Assembly: GCA_964534375.1 (NCBI GenBank)
Contig: CAZHPN010000035.1
Coordinates: 1-40,859 of the forward strand
Source of the DNA: an uncultured bacterium
GTDB lineage: Bacteria; Lernaellota; Lernaellaia; Lernaellales; Lernaellaceae
Direction: 5' to 3'
DNA: 40,859 bases
Part shown: positions 1-7,782 of the stretch, one piece after another
Layout: every line of letters starts with the position of its first letter
Numbering within the stretch: the stretch's first letter is position 1
Position numbers and translations under genes: made by a program
Notes under the pieces: generated by a model
Told to the model about the DNA's origin: nothing
What the model saw: only the letters and a program-made list of their open reading frames with translations
Database searches by the model: none

Positions 1-1
1 C

Positions 2-196
2 AGCCCGGCGATTTCGGCGATCACGGCGACGGACGGCAGCTTCCTGCTGCTCGTGTGGCCGACATGGGACTGGCTGGCGCCGCGGTCGGCCAACCGGGCA
101 TTTGTCGAACGATTGCCGGCCAGGGTTGCTGATTCGGCGGCCAGGGCAATTCGACGCCGGGTCTTTCACGGGCCCGGGTTCTTGACGGCTACGTAA
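2..196 (+). CDS. possible 3' end of a gene entering from the left edge (unknown product)
   Basis: Frame open from the edge to TAA at 194-196 with G/C-rich third positions (..FLLLVWPTWDWLAP..); the antisense frame is similarly plausible. Confidence 0.3.
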   Translation, partial: SPAISAITATDGSFLLLVWPTWDWLAPRSANRAFVERLPARVADSAARAIRRRVFHGPGFLTAT

Positions 197-251
197 GTCG
201 CCGCGAGGGGGATGCAACGCTTGGCCATCATCGGGCAGGCTGGAAAAACCC

Positions 252-282
252 GGGAGGTCTGGGAATCATGGGAATTACGGGA
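252..282. repeat. degenerate 9-nt-period tandem repeat (GGGAnnnnn x4)
   Basis: GGGA at 252, 261, 270 and 279; reverse complement of the TCCCAT 9-nt-period tract at 38415-38455. Confidence 0.55.
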
Positions 283-314
283 TGAATTCCGCGGACACAA
301 TAGAATAGCACCAC

Positions 315-478
315 GTTGACGGTTTTTCGTATTTGTTTCGGTGCATTATCTCGCGAAATTCACGTCGCGGCCGATTCAGCGACCGGAGCGAGCCAGCACC
401 GGGGTAGTCAAACAAAGCCGTCAATATCACAGGGGGTCGGCCTTAACGTAGCGCCATTCGCGACGGCCCCCAGTTTTC
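315..478 (+). ncRNA. candidate structured small RNA (rod-like hairpin plus terminator-like hairpin), family unknown
   Basis: Nested pairings 315-326/414-425, 333-344/396-407, 350-354/388-392 and 364-368/379-383, with G-U pairs favouring the + strand; hairpin 432-439/464-471 followed by AGTTTT; TAGAAT -10-like hexamer at 301-306. Confidence 0.45.
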
Positions 479-853
479 CTATTTCACTGCCACGTGGATG
501 GTGACCGTTTGGGCGGGGTTGTCGGCGATCCACGGGCGGGCGAGTTTGGCGGCCAAATCGACTTTGCCCGGGGCTTTGGCGGCGATCGTCCAGACGAATT
601 GCACGGGTCCGCCGACCAGGCCCGGCGTGCGATCCGCGTTGATTTTCGCTTCGCTGACGGCGAGCACCGTGGCGTCGACGGGGTCGATCTTCCAGAGGTA
701 GCCCGTGCCGGCCGACGCCGAAAGCGTCAGCGTCGCCTGGTCGCCGACCGTCAACGTCACGGACTTGCCGTCGTCGGCGGCGGTCCAGTTCGCCACCGGA
801 GTCGCCGCCAGACCGACCGCCAGGAACAACGCGAGCGCCGCCAGCTTGCTACT
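479..853 (-). CDS. chagasin-family (I42) cysteine protease inhibitor, exported; start codon uncertain
   Basis: Motifs AGTGYLW, GLVGGP and RPW match the chagasin loops (NPTTGY.W, G.GG, RPW); signal-like SKLAALALFLAVGLAA; in-frame starts are TTG at 829 or an unlikely ATG at 937. Confidence 0.8.
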   Translation of the reverse strand, partial: SSKLAALALFLAVGLAATPVANWTAADDGKSVTLTVGDQATLTLSASAGTGYLWKIDPVDATVLAVSEAKINADRTPGLVGGPVQFVWTIAAKAPGKVDLAAKLARPWIADNPAQTVTIHVAVK

Positions 854-1940
854 GGCCGCCGCAGCCCGTCGTCGAGGTGGTCGTAACGGATTTGGCGGGA
901 GGCGCCGCGCCGTTGCCGCTGTCGTCGTCGTCGTCATCGTCGCCGCCGTTATTGGTGTCGTCGTCCGAGTTGTTGTCGGTGTCGTTGTCGTCGTTGTCGT
1001 TGTCGTCGTTGTCGTCGTCCTGGCCGTTGGGACCCGTGCCGAATTGGATCCACGTTGAATTGGCGCCGAAGTCCGACTGGCCCGTGACTTCGCTATAGGC
1101 GATCATGAAGTAGCCGTGGTCGCCCCAGGAAGCGCCCCACGAATTCTTGACGATGAAGTACGACCCGCTGTCGTCGTAGCCGACGATCAGCACCGCATGG
1201 CCGCCCTCGTCGCTGCCGTAGGAGTAGGAATAAACACCGCCCGTGTAGTACATGAAGTCCTGGTAGACTTCCATCGTGGTGGCGATCGGGCCGTAGGTGA
1301 CCAAGCCCTGCTTCAACGCGTCGACCGCCTGGGAAACGTCGCCGTGCGCCGCGCCGTGATAGAGGTCTTGTTGGGCATTGCTGCAAGGCGAACACGACAA
1401 TTCCTGGCCAAGCTGCGCCCGGAAGGGGTCGCACGACGCATCCACCGTGCCATTGCCGCAAAGGAACGCCATCGGCTGATCCATGTCGTAGGCGCCGTTG
1501 CAGTTGCCTTCGCCCGAATCGCAGGACAACAAATACTGCTCGGAAAGGTCGATCGACTGCGGATAATTGCCCTCGCGAATGGCCGCCGACTCCAACGCCC
1601 CAATCGCCGCGAAGGCCCAGCAGCCGCCGCATTGGGCCTGGTTTTTCACGGCGCTGACATCGCCCAGCGCGATGTAGTTCAGGCTGGCGGGCAGGTCCAT
1701 CGGCTGCATTTCATTTTCGGGAAGGCAAACCTGGTTGGCGCCGCGCGTCAGGTGCATGCCCAACCGGGCGCGAAACTCCGCCGGCGTGAAGATCGAGGGC
1801 CCGGCGGTCCAGTTCAGGCCTTTTTCCTGAATTGCCTGCTGGACTTTCGCCAACGTCGCGTCGTCGGTTTGCGCCATCAGAGCGCACGGAACGAGAAGAA
1901 GCACGAGCAACATGATAGCTGCAACCGCGTGTCGATTCAT
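849..1940 (-). CDS. secreted papain-family (C1A) cysteine peptidase with Asp-rich C-terminal tail
   Basis: QAQCGGCWAF (catalytic Cys), GGHAVLIVGY (His), IVKNSWG (Asn), LSEQYLLSC; signal peptide from ATG 1940 with GGGAGA RBS; 363 aa. Confidence 0.95.
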   Translation of the reverse strand: MNRHAVAAIMLLVLLLVPCALMAQTDDATLAKVQQAIQEKGLNWTAGPSIFTPAEFRARLGMHLTRGANQVCLPENEMQPMDLPASLNYIALGDVSAVKNQAQCGGCWAFAAIGALESAAIREGNYPQSIDLSEQYLLSCDSGEGNCNGAYDMDQPMAFLCGNGTVDASCDPFRAQLGQELSCSPCSNAQQDLYHGAAHGDVSQAVDALKQGLVTYGPIATTMEVYQDFMYYTGGVYSYSYGSDEGGHAVLIVGYDDSGSYFIVKNSWGASWGDHGYFMIAYSEVTGQSDFGANSTWIQFGTGPNGQDDDNDDNDNDDNDTDNNSDDDTNNGGDDDDDDDSGNGAAPPAKSVTTTSTTGCGGQ

Positions 1941-2216
1941 AATGGGAATCTCCCTAAGTTGAATAGTTCGAACCAGTCCTCGCCACCCAATCGACCCGCG
2001 ACCAATCCCCGCTTGCCAGAGCACTACATGAAATATACTCGCGGAGTCGCGAAAACACAAGGCATTTTGCGCACAATGGCCGCGCAATTCGGACTGTTTG
2101 TCGATAACCGGCGCGGCAAACCGTGAAATTCGCGCAAAACCGGGCGACTCTGGAGGAAGCGGCGGAACCGCGAAGGCTGAATTGTTCCCGGCTTATTTTT
2201 ATTGTTCGGTTTTTTT

Positions 2217-2353
2217 AACCGCGAATTCACGCGAATGCACGCGAATTGGGTTCGGCAGGATCCGGGCGTGAAAACGCGAATTCACGCGATTTTGCCAAGG
2301 CTACGTCGGGCCGGCAGCGAATGCACGCGAAGGGGGTTCGGCAGGATCCGGGC
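2217..2353. repeat. ACGCGAAT 10-nt-period tandem repeats and a 37-nt direct repeat pair
   Basis: gcgaatgcacgcgaa(tt/gg)gggttcggcaggatccgggc at 2231-2267 and 2317-2353 (35/37 identical); further acgcgaattcacgcga between them. Confidence 0.8.
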
Positions 2354-2381
2354 ATTGGCGATGAAGATCGCCGGCGCGCGC

Positions 2382-2410
2382 TTGACATGACGCCGCAGGA
2401 AGCATGAAAT
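2382..2410 (+). promoter_or_regulatory. sigma70-like promoter candidate for the exbB operon
   Basis: TTGACA-N17-TGAAAT; overlaps imperfect palindrome TGAAA-N4-TTTCA. Confidence 0.4.
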
Positions 2411-2540
2411 GCTTTTCAACGGCCGGCTTGCCGGCGGTTGACGGAGCGCGGGACAAGTCCAAGAAAGTCCGGAAAAAGGGCGGTTTAAACCAATCGGCGC
2501 GCGGCGCCGGCGCGGCAAGAAACGACGGAGGGGGCGGTTC

Positions 2541-3167
2541 GTGGAACACCAACTTGTGAACCTTTCGATGATCGGGGCGCGGGCCCTGCTGTATGTGCTT
2601 TTTCTGCTCTCGTTGCTGAGCATTGCGGTCGCCATCCTCAAGTATCGGCAGTACCGGCAGGACAATTCGTTGGGCCGCGACTTCCCCACCAAGCTGGTCA
2701 CGTGGCTGGAAGCGGGCGACGTGGCGGCTGCGCTGGCGTTCGTCGAGCGCGGGGCGGGGGCGACGGCCGCCGTATTGCGCGAAGGGCTCCGGAATTTCAA
2801 GGAAGGTCCGCAGGCGGTCGAGAAGATCATGGCGAGCCGCAACGTCCGCGAGAAGAACCGGCTGGAGGCGTACCTGGTGGTGCTCGGCACGATCGGCAAC
2901 AACGCGCCGTTCATCGGCCTGCTGGGCACCGTCATGGGCATTATCAAGGCCTTCCACGACTTGTCGCAAGCGACGGTGCAAGGGCCGCAGGCGGTCATGT
3001 CCGGCATCTCCGAGGCGCTGGTGGCGACCGCGGTCGGCTTGTTTGTGGCCATTCCGGCGGTCGTCTTGTTCAACTGGCTGCAGGGCAAGGCCAATTTGCT
3101 GCTGGACGAAGCGGATTCGACCGCGAAGATCGTGTTGGCGTACGCGGATCGCGCAAAAGGGGCATGA
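2541..3167 (+). CDS. exbB: MotA/TolQ/ExbB proton-channel family protein
   Basis: Three TM segments; LGTIGNNAPFIGLLGTVMGII and GISEALVATAVGLFVAIPA signatures. Confidence 0.93.
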   Translation: MEHQLVNLSMIGARALLYVLFLLSLLSIAVAILKYRQYRQDNSLGRDFPTKLVTWLEAGDVAAALAFVERGAGATAAVLREGLRNFKEGPQAVEKIMASRNVREKNRLEAYLVVLGTIGNNAPFIGLLGTVMGIIKAFHDLSQATVQGPQAVMSGISEALVATAVGLFVAIPAVVLFNWLQGKANLLLDEADSTAKIVLAYADRAKGA

Positions 3168-3168
3168 C

Positions 3169-3594
3169 ATGGCGGGAGCCGCAGGCAACAGCAAAGCGCC
3201 GATCACCAATATCAATGTCACACCGCTGGTGGATATTACGTTGGTGCTGCTCATCATTTTCATGGTGACGGCCACGATCATCACCGCGCCGCAAATCCCG
3301 ATCGAGTTGCCCAAGGCGGCGACCGGACAACGATCGGAGGCGGAAACCTTCACCGTCGTCGTCACCAAAACGAACGAACTGTTCCTCGACGGCCGGCCGA
3401 CCACGGAGACCGAAATCGGCAACTTCATCGATCAGCGCTTGAAGAATGAAGTCGATTTGCAGATGGTCATCAGCACGGACCGCGACGCGCTGCACGGCAA
3501 TGTGGTGCGCGTCATCGATTTGATGCGCAGCCACAACGTGCAGAAGTTTGCGATCAACGTGGAACCGGCCGACGAAGAAAAAGACAAGAAATGA
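3169..3594 (+). CDS. exbD: ExbD/TolR biopolymer transport protein
   Basis: INVTPLVDITLVLLIIFMVT with the conserved TM Asp; ATG 1 nt after the exbB stop; 141 aa. Confidence 0.93.
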   Translation: MAGAAGNSKAPITNINVTPLVDITLVLLIIFMVTATIITAPQIPIELPKAATGQRSEAETFTVVVTKTNELFLDGRPTTETEIGNFIDQRLKNEVDLQMVISTDRDALHGNVVRVIDLMRSHNVQKFAINVEPADEEKDKK

Positions 3595-4439
3595 ACATCG
3601 ACACCGCCCGAGCGGCCCGACCGTGGCGCGAATACGGCTCCTCCCTGGGAGGATCGGCGGTCCTGCACGTGCTGCTCATTCTGCTCTTCGCGTACGTGAC
3701 GCCGAAAATGATCGCCCACCGCTGGGTCGGCGGCCAGGTCATCTTCCAGCCCGTGAAGGCCAAAGAGGCGCAGGAACTCGCCAAGCCGAAGCCGCCGGTC
3801 CGCAAATTCGAAGAGCCGCCGACGCACGCCGAGGCGCCGTCCATCGCGGCGGCGCCGCCCGCGGAGAGAGATTTTCGTCCGCGCGCCGTTCACGAAACGG
3901 CGGGGCCGGATATGCTCTCGCTCGGCAAAGACTTTGCGCACGCGCCGCAAGACCAGATCAAAACGGTGGACCTGTCGCAGATACCTGTCACCCGCTCGGG
4001 CCGCGACGTCTCCAACTCGTTTCAGGTTCCGCAAAAACCGGGCGGCGCCGAACGCCGCGACAATTCGGCTATCTCTTTTCGCGACGCGCTCCCCGGCTTG
4101 GAAAACAAAGACGGGCGTTCGCCCGCGCAGGCGTATGACCCGAGCCTCGCGCCGGGCGGATCCGGCGTTGGCGCGGGCGGCCGACGCCGCGTCAGCGACA
4201 CGGCCGAAGGCGCGTTGTCGGCGGATCTGGGCGCGGCGTCGAAGAAGCCGGCCGCAAAGCCCAAGTCCGGCGTGGAGGATCTCGACGCGAGCAAATGGGA
4301 GCGAATCGAAATCGCCGGACCGGTGGCGCAGCATCAACCCGATTGCCTCAACGTCGCCGGCTACGTGTACGTCGGCAATTACCGGCTGATGTGCAAGAAC
4401 GATCAGATCGTCGCCGCCTGGCGAAAGAAAGAATACTAG
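3591..4439 (+). CDS. TonB/TolA-like energy transducer with atypical C-terminus
   Basis: N-terminal TM with S-x3-H (SAVLH), Pro/Lys-rich linker, overlaps the exbD stop; no recognisable TonB_C domain. Confidence 0.65.
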   Translation: MNIDTARAARPWREYGSSLGGSAVLHVLLILLFAYVTPKMIAHRWVGGQVIFQPVKAKEAQELAKPKPPVRKFEEPPTHAEAPSIAAAPPAERDFRPRAVHETAGPDMLSLGKDFAHAPQDQIKTVDLSQIPVTRSGRDVSNSFQVPQKPGGAERRDNSAISFRDALPGLENKDGRSPAQAYDPSLAPGGSGVGAGGRRRVSDTAEGALSADLGAASKKPAAKPKSGVEDLDASKWERIEIAGPVAQHQPDCLNVAGYVYVGNYRLMCKNDQIVAAWRKKEY

Positions 4440-4440
4440 C

Positions 4441-5439
4441 CTACCGGGCCTTTTTCTTCCCCACCGCGGGCTTGGCGTAAACCGTCAGGGAATTTTCCAT
4501 CGTCTCGACGACGAAGAGGTTGCGCTGCGGGTCGGCGGTGACCTCCAGCTTGATCGGCAACAGCGCGGACGATTCGGTGCCCAGCTCGTAATCGCCGGGC
4601 GGCAGATAGATCGAAAACGTGTTCGGCCGGTGCTCGGTCAAACGTTCGTTGGTGACCAGATAGCGGGAGACGCCGCGCAGGAAGTCTTCGCGGGCGACCA
4701 TGACGTAGTATTCGTTGACGTTCTTGGCCTTGGCCGCCACGCGGAAGACATCTTTCTTTTCGCCGAGCTTGTCGACCGACGCCTGGGTGAGGTTGCGGCC
4801 TTCGAACGTCACGCGCACGGTGTCGGTGCGCGCCCATTCGCCGAGGCCGTCTTTGATCCAGGCGCGGACCGGCCGCTGATCCTGGAAATTGTCGATGCGC
4901 ACGGTCAACGATTCGACGGTCGGATAGATCTTCCGCGCGCGTTCGATCAGGTCGGTCGCCGCGGCCGCGAAGCCTTCGTACCCTTTGGCGATGGCGTACA
5001 ACGCAAACGATTCGCTGATCCGGGAGGCGAGGGGATTGGCCGAGCCGGCGTCGTCAATATCGGAATTGGCGCCGATGCGCTCGCGCTCCTTTTCGTCGGC
5101 GGTCTCGCTTTGGCGGAATTCGAGCGGATACTCGACGTACTTGTAAATCAGGTCTTCGATCCGCTCGACCATGTCGCGCCGGTCCCACTGGTTGTTCGTG
5201 CGGCGAATCTCTTCGATCAGCCGGCAAATGTCGGAGTTGACCCAATCCAGACTCAGGTTCTGGAGGAAGAACGGATCCGCCTCGGGCGCCGTCGCCGCGG
5301 GCGGCGCGGCCGGCGCCGCCGGAGCGGGCGTTTCCGCCGAGCGCGCCGTCACGACGCCGAGAACCGAGAGCGCCAGCAGGCAAGCCAATGCGCCCAAACC
5401 CAGTCGCTTCACACTTCGCCTCCGTTGCATCGTTGTCAT
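4441..5439 (-). CDS. exported hypothetical protein (helical N-half, beta-rich C-half)
   Basis: Signal peptide, Pro/Ala linker, ATGA coupling with the upstream gene, LPPGDYEL beta-sandwich-like motif; 332 aa. Confidence 0.75.
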   Translation of the reverse strand: MTTMQRRRSVKRLGLGALACLLALSVLGVVTARSAETPAPAAPAAPPAATAPEADPFFLQNLSLDWVNSDICRLIEEIRRTNNQWDRRDMVERIEDLIYKYVEYPLEFRQSETADEKERERIGANSDIDDAGSANPLASRISESFALYAIAKGYEGFAAAATDLIERARKIYPTVESLTVRIDNFQDQRPVRAWIKDGLGEWARTDTVRVTFEGRNLTQASVDKLGEKKDVFRVAAKAKNVNEYYVMVAREDFLRGVSRYLVTNERLTEHRPNTFSIYLPPGDYELGTESSALLPIKLEVTADPQRNLFVVETMENSLTVYAKPAVGKKKAR

Positions 5440-6887
5440 TGGGGGGCTCCCACGTTCTGGCAGCCCTGTTCGTACTGCGACGACAGATCGCGCGCTTCGA
5501 TCGTTTCGCCGAAGCGGTTCAGATAGTTCACGTAGTATTGGTAGGCCCGGCAGAATTCGGGCGAATACGCGGCCCCGCGGCCGCGCTGCTGCTGTTTCTT
5601 CATCACGAGCTTGAAGGCGTGCGAACTCGCGGCGAGGCAGAGCGCCTTGTAGCTCTTGAAGATCTCGGGCTGATGATAATGTTCCGCCGCCAGCTTGTCC
5701 GCGGTCTCCGCGAGCAGGGTGAAGGTGACGGATTTGTTTTCCCAATCGAACCCGGCGTCGAACAGATAGGTCCGCAGCCCGACGATGCTGGCGTAGTCCT
5801 TGCGGAGATAATGCTCGTAGGCGAGGCCCGTGAGATTGGCGCCGAAGCTCTTTTGCAGTTTCGCGGTCAGTTCGGACCCGTCGACTTCATACGGGTAGCT
5901 CGCCCCGGGCACGCTGGCCGCCCGCTCGTTGAGCTTGCGCATGATCTGCAGGCCCTCGTTGGCGTTGTCGAACCCCAACTTGTAGTACGCGGCCAGTTTT
6001 TCCTTGTCGGAACTCGTGTACAGCGTGGCGAGGTACGCCACGTCGCTGGACAGCACGGCCCGCGCCTTGTTGGTTTTGACGCGTTTGAGCGCCTCGTTGT
6101 AGTTGTACAGCGCGCGCGTGAAGTGGTCATCGGTGGCCGGCGTCTGGTCGTATTGCTCCTGCTGCCGATCGCCCCGATATTTGTACATGCCGACGATGAT
6201 GTTGTTGTCGAAGTAGCTCAACTCCAGCAGTTCGCGCATCCACTCTTTGAAGATCTTCAGGTTGCCTTTGCGGACTTCGGTTTCGCCTTTGTCCGGATTG
6301 ATCATCGTAAAACGATCGGCCAGCCCGCGAATCATCGCCGCCAGCAGATGCGTCCGCGCGGGGTTCTTTTCGTTGTTCAACACGCGCTCGATCAGCGAGT
6401 CGCGCGCGTTCTGGCTCCAGACGAGCATGGTGTTCGAAAGGGTGTCGCGCGAGAAGTTTTCGGTCGCGTGCATCTTGAGCAGCGACTCCCACAGGTCGTT
6501 CAGGCCCTCTTTTTCGCGGGCGAGTTGATCCTTCGCGCCAGTCAGGCGATCCAGCGCTTTCAAGCGCGCCAGCCCCAGGTGATACGCGGCCTCTTCGGAG
6601 TAGCGAATCGCCACCGACTGCTCGAGGTAATCGATCGCGGTCGACAGGCGCTCAGTTTGACCGTCTTTTTTGTACAGCGCGAGTTCCGCCATGCCGCAGT
6701 ACTTCAGGATCACATCGACGCTCGGATCGGCCTGAATCGCGTCTTTGTTGGCGACGCACATCGCCGTCAGTTGCGGAAATTTGCTCGCGAGGAACAATTC
6801 CTTGTAGGATTCCCACCCGGCGACGGCCGGGGCGGCGACAATCGCGGCGCACAGGAGCGCCAGGGTCGCGTAACGCAAAAGCCTCAT
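5436..6887 (-). CDS. exported alpha-helical (TPR-like) hypothetical protein
   Basis: Signal peptide ending AVA-G, GGAGG RBS, helical patterns such as AIDYLEQSV..AAYHLGLARL; 483 aa. Confidence 0.75.
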   Translation of the reverse strand: MRLLRYATLALLCAAIVAAPAVAGWESYKELFLASKFPQLTAMCVANKDAIQADPSVDVILKYCGMAELALYKKDGQTERLSTAIDYLEQSVAIRYSEEAAYHLGLARLKALDRLTGAKDQLAREKEGLNDLWESLLKMHATENFSRDTLSNTMLVWSQNARDSLIERVLNNEKNPARTHLLAAMIRGLADRFTMINPDKGETEVRKGNLKIFKEWMRELLELSYFDNNIIVGMYKYRGDRQQEQYDQTPATDDHFTRALYNYNEALKRVKTNKARAVLSSDVAYLATLYTSSDKEKLAAYYKLGFDNANEGLQIMRKLNERAASVPGASYPYEVDGSELTAKLQKSFGANLTGLAYEHYLRKDYASIVGLRTYLFDAGFDWENKSVTFTLLAETADKLAAEHYHQPEIFKSYKALCLAASSHAFKLVMKKQQQRGRGAAYSPEFCRAYQYYVNYLNRFGETIEARDLSSQYEQGCQNVGAPQ

Positions 6888-6918
6888 CTTGATATCCCGA
6901 CCTCCGTCCGGCGCCGCG

Positions 6919-7782
6919 TCAGGGGTTCGACAACAAGCGGTGCATGATCGCGTCGTAATGCACTTTGTAGTTCACCTGGGCGAAGCCGGCGTATAAGCGA
7001 TACACGTGGTAGTCAATGCGAGTCGAGAGCCGCTGCATCTCGGTGTGGAAACAACAACCCGTAGCGACAACCCCGTAGCCGACGTACGTGCCGACGGCAT
7101 GCTCCCCGAGCTCTTTGGAGTATACCACGATGTCGCCGTACGCAATATCGGACGAATTGTCGACCCGTTCCATTTTTTCCGCGAAATACGGCTCGAAGCC
7201 CTTGTTCGGCGGCGGCGCCAGTTGGAACGGGGCCTGCAGCGTCGTTTGCAGAAAACCGATGTCGGTCAGGAAAAACCGGCCTTTTCTCATGTATTCCATG
7301 AGCTTGGCCGTGATCACCGCGCCTTCGACGTGTTGCAGGTGGTCGAGGACGCTGGTGTTGAGGTTTTCCGCCATCAGGCCGCAGGCGCCCTTGACGACAT
7401 CGAGTTCGAGAATGGTCTGGAAAGCGCCGCCGAGTTGCAGGAAGCGGCGCTGGCCCGTCACGCGCACGTCGTACAGGCAGGTGTTGTCGGCGTCGGCGAT
7501 CGTGAAATGATTCCAGGAGTTGGCGGCGAACGGAAAGTAGCCGCCTTTGCCGTTCCGCCGGAATTGGACGTTATGGTGCTGCTCCGCCACCTCGAGCGAC
7601 CGCGTGAAGACGTCGTAACTGGGCGGCGAAACGATATCCGTGACGCCCGCGCGGGCGTCGTCGCCGCTCGCGCCGGCCTTGGGCGCGGCAGTCGAAGCGC
7701 AACCCCATGCCGCCAAGGCGAGCAGGCCGAGCAGGGCGAGCGCCGCGGCGCTCGCCGCAAATCGTTTAGAATGCAAGGTCAC
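6919..7782 (-). CDS. lipoprotein with degenerate NlpC/P60-like C-terminal domain
   Basis: Lipobox-like AAWGC; GDIVVY..HAVGTYVGYG resembles NlpC/P60 GDLVFF..HVGIY.G.G. Confidence 0.6.
   Translation of the reverse strand: MTLHSKRFAASAAALALLGLLALAAWGCASTAAPKAGASGDDARAGVTDIVSPPSYDVFTRSLEVAEQHHNVQFRRNGKGGYFPFAANSWNHFTIADADNTCLYDVRVTGQRRFLQLGGAFQTILELDVVKGACGLMAENLNTSVLDHLQHVEGAVITAKLMEYMRKGRFFLTDIGFLQTTLQAPFQLAPPPNKGFEPYFAEKMERVDNSSDIAYGDIVVYSKELGEHAVGTYVGYGVVATGCCFHTEMQRLSTRIDYHVYRLYAGFAQVNYKVHYDAIMHRLLSNP

Noticed and set aside
1..231. Minus-strand ORF with in-frame TGA (166-168) as a possible selenoprotein
   Set aside because: No redox motif, no recognisable selenoprotein family and no convincing SECIS hairpin
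2110..2160. ggcaaaccgtgaaattcgcgcaaaacc resembling a c-di-GMP-I riboswitch
   Set aside because: The stem around GAAA does not pair, and the GGGAC element and second hairpin are missing
2231..2353. 37-nt repeat pair as a mini CRISPR array
   Set aside because: Only two copies, the spacer contains the same repeat unit, and there are no cas genes in the window
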